Positions 20,151 through 28,557 of a stretch of 28,557 nucleotides of DNA are shown piece by piece. The stretch spans positions 1-28,557 of the forward strand of contig NW_021833172.1 of NCBI RefSeq assembly GCF_006345805.1, written 5' to 3'. Numbering within the stretch: position 1 is the first letter of the stretch; each line of letters opens with the position of its first letter. Source of the DNA: Octopus sinensis. Lineage: Eukaryota. Made by a program: the position numbers and the translations under genes. Under the pieces are notes generated by a model. That model did no database searches, was not told the DNA's origin, and saw only the letters and a program-made list of their open reading frames with translations.

Positions 20151-21116
20151 ATAAACAAGAATTCAGTGTAAAATATACTCGCTGATATACACTGTCATTA
20201 TTGACAGATGAATTAGTCTCTCGTGATGTCATAATGATGTTAAGAAATATTTTTCAACGAGAACGTATTTAATCTTAAATTCCACAGCAAATTTATGGTG
20301 TTCACCCATAATTTTCCCGACCTGTTCCAATTAACTCCTCATTAATTATCGCATGACAGTGATATCAATTGTGTCAAGATTAGTTCTATGATGATACAAA
20401 GTAATTAGAATAAGTTGATGCAAGCCTGTTAATTAAAGAAACTTCATCAGTTATTCAACACTACCCTTTGGTGGTGCTGCTGCTGCTGTTGTTGTTGTTG
20501 TTGTTATGCAACAAGATGGGTAAGGGTGATTAGGTGATGGTCTAGGGCTTAGGGGCGGGAGACCTCAGACCTTGGAAAAAAAAATTTGGTCGTCTTGTAG
20601 TCGAGGGCTCTTCGTTGACGCCCGACACCACTGGGAGGTGGCCCTCGAAGTCGCTGGAAATGGAGATCTCCAGGTCCAAATTCTTGGACGGCTGGTGTTG
20701 CTGCTGTTTAGCTTCAGTTTGCTCTGGTGATAAAGACCTATGATAAAAGGCGCTCAAGCCATGGACATTAATCCCTATTTTTTTTCAGATAAAGTGTACC
20801 CATGATGACGTTATAATGTGTCTATTTAAGACAGTAGAGAATAGTTTGAGGAAGATTGGGATGCTATATCTAGCAAATCGAGCGAACAAGTAGAGGTACC
20901 CTTGGCGTGTACTTCTGTTGTTTTATTGTTCACAATGGTGACTTGTAGATAACTGCTCATGGTAATATTTATAACTTATATTGTGTCAGCGAAAACTAAA
21001 CCCCTTTATCATAGGCACCGCAAAGTGCACGTGACACGTATGATCATCAACCCTTCGGTCATTTATACTAGGGATCATCAAACCACTGGGCCGCAGACCA
21101 GTACTAGGTCGTACAA

Positions 21117-21119
<3 letters not shown>

Positions 21120-21176
<57 letters not shown>

Positions 21177-21951
21177 GGCAGTTTGTCTGTGTGTCTGTGT
21201 GTCTGTCAGGTTGTACCCTCACCCTGACCACGGCTTTCAACCGATTCTGATAAAACTTGACACACACATAGCCCAATGTCATAATTCAAAACTAACGCAG
21301 CGAAAATTTTGAAAAGTTCCCCCAGTTCTGAAAACAAATCGATAAATTCGACATGGGGTCGAGAATCTAAGCTTTTTATATGCAACACATTTTCTACAGA
21401 CTGTCTAGGGGACGCAACTCGACCTTTTTAACTCTCGTAACACGTGGGGTAAGTATCCCAAAATGTATAAAAATGTACAAAAACCGGCAGCAATGTGAGT
21501 GACAACAACGAAAAAGTCAAAAGTGATCAAACTGAACAAACGAATGGAAAAGGTTTTTTGGTGCACACAACAAAAGCGGTTTAAAATAAACCAAGAATTT
21601 GCAAGTAGCGTCCGAGGACCCTTAGGCTTCGTCAAAAATTTAAGGTAAAATGTTTGGGGTGGTAGTTATAAAGAAAGTGTAAACAAAAAAAGTATTCGAA
21701 TTATTTGCGGCTGCAGCAGCTATTAGCAGAAGTGGCAGTCTTGGGGGTAAAGTCTCGAATGTAATTTCTTCCTGGTAGGAATTGGTTGGGTTGAATTATC
21801 GATAGCTGTTTGATAGTTATTTGGGAGTGAAGAGAAGACATTGCAACATACACATGCGCCTTCGTTCCCTAGAGGGAAAGGACTAGATTGGAATTAGTCG
21901 TTGCCAACTAGGGGCACTTACATACCCGAGCAACGCCGGGCTATGCTGCTA

Positions 21952-21952
<1 letters not shown>
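21120..21952 (+). mobile_element. Non-autonomous Helitron
   Basis: 5' (TA)n-ataaacggcagtttgtctgtgtgtctgt start with GTCT-type repeat; 3' GC hairpin cccg-agcaacgc-cggg (21925-21940) followed by CTAG|T (21949-21952). Flanked by (TA)n on both sides. Confidence 0.8.
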
Positions 21953-21989
<37 letters not shown>

Positions 21990-21991
<2 letters not shown>

Positions 21992-22175
21992 AGTCCAAGC
22001 ATGAACAAGCAAGAAAAAACAACAACGCGAGGACGTGGAATAAGTACAGTGTTATTGGACGCTCAGGAAAGGAAAGAAAAGAAAGAGGATTTCACGTTTC
22101 GAGCGGAGGTCTTCATCAGAAATATAGAAAAAGTCCAAAGAAGGGAAGACGGAGAAAGAAAATCGCCTACGATAC
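21990..22175 (-). mobile_element. Penelope-like terminal remnant with degenerate hammerhead core
   Basis: Minus strand attt-CTGATGA-agacctccgctc-GAAACGTG-aaat (about 22089-22123); related to 27230-27410. Confidence 0.55.
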
Positions 22176-22199
22176 ACACGCGGTCACACACACACGCAT

Positions 22200-22357
22200 G
22201 GCTGGCTTCTTTCAGTTTCCGTCTACTAAATCCACTTACAATGCTTTGATCGGCTCAAGGCTATAGCAGAAAACACTTGCCCAAGGTGCCACGCAGTGGG
22301 ACTGAACCCCCACACCACGTGATTGGAAAACAAGCGTCTTACCACACAGCCTCGCCC
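22200..22357 (-). mobile_element. SINE family A, 5' half
   Basis: ttctttcagtttccgtctac..acttgcccaaggtgccacgcagtgggactgaacc..ttaccacacagcc is the reverse complement of the family A head. Confidence 0.9.
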
Positions 22358-22824
22358 GTTTAAGAAAAATGTTTCATCCCTAGAGATGAGGTAAATATTC
22401 TGAAAAAGATATTTGCGTCTTGTTGTTAAGACCATTATTAGTTCATTCTCCATCTCACCGAAGAAAGACAAGCCTTCCCATTTTTTATCATAAAACAATA
22501 GAATATGAATTGAGAAAGATTAGATGGTTATTTCTAGCAAGTGCAACAACCACGTTGAGAAAGTTTCCTTTTTGCTTCTTCGCCGCACACATATGGGAAA
22601 TAATTGTAGTACGACTCACACCTACCATTCGTCTGTTAATCTTCTCTTACCGCCACTTACCTGCTACCTTTCCATTTCGTCACTGCCAACATCCGCATCT
22701 TTATCTAATGATGTTCACCTGACTGTTTACTCAATTACCGTCTTAGAGTCCCTACACAGAGAAATAGCTTTTGCCTTCTCCCGCTCTCATACATATATTA
22801 CGATTATGCAAAACTTGTATGAAT

Positions 22825-23440
22825 GTGTGTGTGTGTGTGTGTGTTGTGTGTGTGTGTGTGTGTGTGTGTGCATATATATATGTGTGTGTGTGTGTGTGTT
22901 TATAACGCCATGGAATGAGAACCAGGACATTCCAACTGAAATACGTTACCGATAACTTAACGCTCACTTTACTCTCTATCTCTCTCTCTCTTTCTTTCTC
23001 TCTCTTTCTCTCTCTCTTTCTCTACTCTCTCTCTCTTTCTCTCCCTCTCCCTCTCCCCCTCTCTTTCCACGCGCGCACGCACCCGCACAGTCTCACACAC
23101 ACACACGCACACACTGTACATTACATTAGGCGGTGACCAGAGTTCAATGAGTAAAGTAAAAAGTAATACATTAATATACATCTATGCATGTGTGTGTGTA
23201 TGTATGTACGTACGTACGTACACATGTATATATATATTTGTGTACGTATGTATGAGTGTTTACATACATGCATACATACATACATACATACATACATACA
23301 TACATACATACATACATACATACATACATACATACATACATACATACATACATACATACATACATACATACATACATACATACATACATACATACATACA
23401 TACATACATACATACATACATACATACATACATACATACA
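22825..23440. repeat. Compound (TG)/(CT)/(CA)/(TACA)n microsatellites
   Basis: Directly visible, including about 175 bp of pure (TACA)n at 23265-23440. Confidence 0.95.
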
Positions 23441-23458
23441 TCTGCGCATCGTATTCAG

Positions 23459-23509
23459 CTGAAAAGCGAAGAGAAACGTTCGTGGTTTGAAAGGCCAACA
23501 GAATTTCAG
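23459..23509 (+). CDS. Candidate 51-nt exon (LKSEEKRSWFERPTEFQ, phase 0 to 0)
   Basis: Acceptor gtattcAG, perfect donor CAG|GTGAGT, frame-preserving. May lie antisense to LINE-derived sequence. Confidence 0.35.
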
Positions 23510-23745
23510 GTGAGTCAATACGGGTGAGGTCGATGCCGTGGCACAGAAAGTACGCGCTGGCGGCACTGCAGACCAGAATGGTCTATCGAGCAAGCCTGTT
23601 AAATATTGTCCGCGGATAAGGAAGAGTTTGTGGTAGATTCTCAAGGTGTTGTCGAGGAAACGATTTTTATTAATTTGTTGGTGTATTTCGAGAGGAGTGT
23701 GCATTCCAAAGGAAAAGGATGTTAGACTGATTAGTCAGTTCCGAC

Positions 23746-23981
23746 TAATAATTGGTTTCAAATTTTGGCACAAGGCCAGCGGATTTTAGATGGGGGTGGA
23801 TGGGTGGTGGATAAGTCGATTACAACGACCCCAGTATTCATCTGGTACATATTTCATCAACCCTGAAAGGATGAAAGGCAAAGACAATCTCGGTGGAATT
23901 TGAACTCAGAATCTAGAGACAAAAGAAATGCCGCTAAGCTTTTTTCCCGGCGTGCTCACGATTCTACCAAGCTCGCCGCCT
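23746..23981 (-). mobile_element. SINE family B, full length
   Basis: Collinear with the copies at 18488-18945. Confidence 0.9.
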
Positions 23982-23984
23982 CCA

Positions 23985-26570
23985 CACTATTGATCGGAAT
24001 GTCTTAGTGAGTGTATTGGCACGAACTGCGATGGATTTTGTCATGAAGACCATACTTGTGATAGATCCGTTCACACAATGTAGGAAACTATTCAGTGATA
24101 CAAGAAACGCATGGGAGTGTCGATGCCATTTGTAAAACTCTGTCAATGAACGTGGGCCGGTTCTCCATAGCTACATGCAGTTTACTAAGAGTATGATGCA
24201 GAACTACTTGGAGCAGTTCAGAATGAGATTTTCGACAAACTTGTATACAACGGAATGACAGTTCTTGTCGATATAGGTCCCTATGGGGATGGAGATTTTG
24301 CTTTGAGATGCTATTGAAGGATTACCATTTGTGGAGTGAGTTATGATGCCATCAACGAAGGTTTTCGTGGATTATTTGATAATTGTGTGAAACTTGGACG
24401 AGGAGGTTTCATAAGACTTTAGCGGGGTGATTTCATAGATTGGGATGAAGTTTCAGGCAAAGGTGATTAGGAGCGAGCTCCCGGGGTAGGAAAAAGAAAA
24501 GAAAACAGTTTCAGATAACTGGAGGAGACATCCAACATGTTTCAGAAGAGGGAATCTGAAATGTTAGTACGGGATCGATCTGATTGAAAGTACGGTGTAA
24601 AGATCTAGGAGAAACGAACAGAAATCTCGAACAGATTAATGGGGCATCGATTTCTAGAAAGGCAAATCTGTGGTGCTGACAGTATGGGTTAATATCAAGA
24701 GTTGAGTACAAGGCAGTAGTTATAAGGGTTGAACGCATGAAACAAAGGATAAATATTTAATACTGGACATTGTTGGGTGTGTTAAATATGTTGTCCGATG
24801 TAGCTCTGTTTGGCCGTTTGGAGAAATTACGGCTGTTATTCAAACTGGTGATTGAAGAATTGAAAGCGGGCAAAATGTGCTTGGGTATGATGATAAAGGA
24901 GCCCGGGGATGCCAAAACAAGGCCTCCAATTTGTATTGAATGCAAATGGAAGGCGGAAAATTGCAGACAAGGCTTCTGCATCTGAGAAATGGAAGAAAAT
25001 TTGGGATGCGGCGGAAAGTGACGGAAGAGGTGTGGATTTTCCACCTAAAAAGCAGAAGTTCGGTACGCAAGGTCTCGGGAGGGCAAGGAGAACGTTGTGG
25101 TGGAAGTTGTCAGGAAAAGGGTGGAAAAGATAGGGATACAGAGGCAGCACACCAGGGAGCTCACTGCGCAGGCATACAAAAGAACGAAATGATATTAGAA
25201 AAATATTTTCCCGATATCGAAAGAATTAATTCAGTTTGTAATTGGTACCATATTTGAATTTTAAGAGATGGTGGAGAGTAATCAAAATGAAATATGCGAA
25301 TTCTGCAAAAAGTAAAGCATGTCGCTGGAACACGTGTTATCTTGCTGCAGAGCTCTTCTCTCGGCCTCTACTTAGATTTACAAACCAATAATCCAGTAAG
25401 TAGCTAGCAGAGATTATTCGAAAGGTGGTGCAAATGAGACAGGTTAAAAAAAAGAAACTTACAACCGGCGGATGGCAAAATATTTGTGTAGGAGGGCCAA
25501 AACAAAATAAGCAGGTAGAATACGCTCTCTTTCGGTGTATGTGCTGTGTTAACAGCGGTAGAAGAATTGGAGGTGTTAGTAAAGAAAAAAGGGAAGCAGA
25601 TAATGCTAGCAAAATTGGTCAGTGTGACCGTGAAACCTGATGTGATTCTTGTGTCAAAGGTGGCCCATCGTGTAGTTATCATGGAGTTGATTGTGCCGTA
25701 GGAAATAGGAATGGAGGAAGCAAGAATGAGAGTGAGTGAGTGAGTGAATGAGTGAGTGACAGAGGGAAAGAGAAAAATGGGAGAGGGAGAGGTGGAAAAG
25801 TTTGCATAGTTGTTACAAGTGTGTGGAGGGAGAGCTGTGGAGGTGGGAATTGTATGCAAGGACTTTGCAGAGATCACTGTTTTGAGGTGGATTAGGGCCT
25901 GGTGTGTGGTTCGATGTGAGACACAGGGGTGGACAAGACAAATGACTCAAGTTTGATGCGTAGAAATTAGAACACTGATGGAGGTACTAATCCGGGCATC
26001 TCAATGCTGTACAGGCCGGAAGGCGGCCAGCTGGCAGAATCGTTAGCACGCCGGGCGAAATGCGTAGCCGTATTTCGTTTGCCGGTACGTTGTGAGTACA
26101 AATTCCGCCGAGGTCGACTTTGCCTTTCATCCTTTCGGGGTCGATAAATTAAGTACCAGTTACGCACTGGGGTCGATATAATCGACTTAATACCTATGTC
26201 TGTCCTTGTTTGTCCTCTCTGTGTTTAGCCCCTTGTGGGTCATAAAGAAATAGGCATTTTGTCTGCCGTTACGTTCTGAGTTCAACTTCCGCCGAAATCG
26301 ACTTTACCTTTCATCTTTTCGGGGTCGATTAAATAAGTACCAGTTAATCACTGGGGTCGATGTAATCGACTTAATCCACTTGTCTGTCCTTGTTTGTCCC
26401 CTCTATGTTTAGCCCCCTGTGGGTAATAAAGAAATAAATGCTGTACAGGCCGGCCAGACGGAGATAAACAGTACTTCAGTGACTGAAATATTGATGAGGT
26501 CTTGTGTTACGTTGGTGATCATCTGGGGTTGGTCACAAAAGCTTAGGCAGTTGAGGTTTTATTTATAGAG
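23985..26570 (-). mobile_element. Heavily decayed LINE (ORF2/RT-like remnants), interrupted by a SINE dimer
   Basis: Strand-biased composition. Minus-strand remnants VDGII, VVYKFVENLILN and LTKTF resemble RT motifs (PDGI, YKLLERLIxxR, DLxKAFD). May continue at 23440-23745. Clade not determinable. Confidence 0.45.
26020..26436 (+). mobile_element. Dimeric SINE family B within a perfect 17-bp TSD
   Basis: Monomer 1 at 26020-26252, A-box-less monomer 2 at 26253-26436. TSD aatgctgtacaggccgg at 26003-26019 and 26437-26453. Confidence 0.95.
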
Positions 26571-26984
26571 ACGAAACTAAATATTTTGCCGATATAACGA
26601 AAATATTTCTTCATGTACGATTTTAGCAAAGGTCTTCATGAATGGAAAGAATTCCAAGTTTCAGAGCGATAAGATATAAATATATAAAAATAGCTTTAAC
26701 GGAGTGACCTGTGAAAAATAAATCAGAATATACTCATTAAAATAAGTGATACACACATATATACACACATGCATTTATCTATAGATATATACACACACAC
26801 ATACATATATATATATGCTTATTTGTATGCATGTGCATATATACATACATACATACGTACATATGTATATATATATATATATACATACATACGTACATAT
26901 GTGTGTATATATATATATATTATTACAATAATATTATTTTCCAGCGAAATGAAGCACTGTAAAGGTAGAATTATAAATATATAT

Positions 26985-27107
26985 AGGAAATAGTGGCACA
27001 ACAAGGTATCAATTTTTGCTGGAAATAGCGGTCGATAACCTTACATCGAACGGTTATCGACTGCTATTTCCAGCAAAAGTTGGTACCTTGTCGTGCCACT
27101 ATTTCCT
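26985..27107. repeat. 123-nt near-perfect hairpin (56-bp arms, 11-nt loop)
   Basis: Arms 26985-27040 and 27052-27107 have 4 non-Watson-Crick positions: on the + RNA, three G.U and one A.C. Confidence 0.95.
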
Positions 27108-27125
27108 TTGTGTGAGTGTGTGTGT

Positions 27126-27179
<54 letters not shown>

Positions 27180-27229
27180 TTAATTCAAAAACAGAGAAAA
27201 AGACAAGGAAAAAGGAAAACAAATAAACA

Positions 27230-27410
27230 AACAAACAAACGTGAGGACCTAGCAGCACAAAGTATTAATTAGACGCTTGGAGAAAGAAAAGAGTCATTGT
27301 TTTACGTTTCGAGCTTAGCTCTTCTTTGGAAGCAAGAAAAACAGCAAAATCCAAAGGAAAGAAGGAAGAAGCCGGGAAAAATCGCCAATAGTCTACATGC
27401 GGTTACATTT
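27230..27410 (-). mobile_element. Penelope-like terminal remnant with degenerate hammerhead core
   Basis: Minus strand ccaaagaa-GAGC-taa-GCTC-GAAACGTA (27303-27329); similar to 21990-22175. Confidence 0.5.
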
Positions 27411-27459
<49 letters not shown>

Positions 27460-27789
27460 GATTGAAGAAGGGCGAGACTGTGTCCAGCTTTTTTCCCACG
27501 TTATTATAAAAAGTCATATTACTTTGAAGAAATTATAAATGAATATTAAAAAAATTTTAAAGTATAAAGTTTATTTGTATATTAAACATAACTTATAATG
27601 CTTAGTATTACAAGATTTGCTTCTACTTTAAATGTCAACTTCCGTTTGAATTCCACATGTAAAAATTATTTCTTCGCGTTCGTAAAAAATGTAATAAAGC
27701 GAGAGAAAAAAAGCGAGTAAATTATTTTTAACTGTATTATATAATGCAAAAAAAATCCCTATCTATAGAATTAAGTTTTCAAATTGTGT

Positions 27790-27905
27790 TAGACTGCGGC
27801 CATGCTGGGGTGCCACCTTGAAATTATTTAATCAATAATATCATCTCCATTACTTATTCTTCAAGCCTGTTACTTATTTATCGATCTAAATTGTTTATGA
27901 AAATA
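27790..27905 (-). mobile_element. SINE family A tail fragment
   Basis: ttagactgcggccatgctgggg..ccaccttgaa is the reverse complement of the family A tail. Confidence 0.75.
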
Positions 27906-28374
27906 TTAACCCAGATAAATGAAAAAAGTGTCTACAAAGACATTCTACAGTGATGTGAAACATTCATTACTCTCTTTCAATTGAAATGTATTTAAGTTTC
28001 TTTTTAATTGCTCGGAAAGGAACACTAGGAACACTTAAGAAGTTTATTAAGTGAATATAGTAAAACAACAATATAGCAAACCTCAACTCTTCATATTGGT
28101 AAATATAATTCATTAATTCCCACCAGAGAATCTATTTTCAAATTCACTCAAGTGAAGATTCATGAATATTTTCCCTTGACAATCTTAATACTTTTCCAAT
28201 ATTCATTATCGTCTTTTTTTAAATGTATCATGGATTATTTTACTCATTACAAAATAAACCATAACAGAGTCTTTGTTCAATTCATGTGCATATTGTCAAT
28301 TTACTTCATAATTTATGTATCATATCTATATGTATATATATATATATATAATATCAATATGCACAATACACATA

Positions 28375-28415
28375 CTAGAAGAAAACCGCCCGGAGGGCAG
28401 TTTTTCTGCTGGTAA
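28375..28415 (-). mobile_element. Possible Helitron 3' terminus
   Basis: Minus strand has a 10-bp hairpin aaaactgccc-tcc-gggcggtttt ending just before CTAG|T. The 5' end is not seen in the window. Confidence 0.4.
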
Positions 28416-28557
28416 TTATAATTGAGAGTACACGAAGCACCAGCTTCCTTGAAAGGAAGGAGAGTAAAAATCCTCAACTTATCCACCAACCTCACTGAAA
28501 ATATGCAACGGTTTAACAGAAATCGAGCAAATGAGCAAAATTTAACATACCAAGACG

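Noticed and set aside
20789-20893. + strand phase-0 exon candidate IKCTHDDVIMCLFKTVENSLRKIG
   Set aside because: Its 3' half resembles a dispersed repeat also seen inverted at about 1400-1452, and it has no good donor.
22655-22770. Perfect minus-strand donor CAG|GTAAGT
   Set aside because: All frames from the nearest good acceptor contain stops; an isolated splice signal.
28440-28557. Penelope-like peptide KILNLSTNLTENMQ on the + strand
   Set aside because: Too short, truncated by the window edge, and conflicts with the Helitron-end reading; cannot be supported.

Overview
Eukaryotic, AT-rich, repeat-dense, intron-like DNA. The SINE families and microsatellite load look like an octopus (cephalopod) genome; this is recognition, not a database match. 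No long CDS is present, and nearly all ORFs in the supplied track come from microsatellites or decayed transposons. Contents: four tRNA-derived SINE families (about 20 copies or fragments), an internally deleted mariner, decayed Tc1, hAT, RTE, HERO-like and other LINE relics, a non-autonomous Helitron, Penelope-like terminal remnants, and several small + strand exon candidates of an unidentified gene. The standout is an almost complete type I hammerhead ribozyme on the minus strand (16462-16520). It overlaps the inner end of one arm of a 184-bp, about 92% identical inverted repeat, and a second, broken copy sits at the other arm inside a separate 30-bp inverted repeat. A 123-nt near-perfect hairpin (26985-27107) and a head-to-tail SINE array punctuated by an identical 12-mer are also notable. 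All alignments were done by eye, so the boundaries of decayed elements are approximate.
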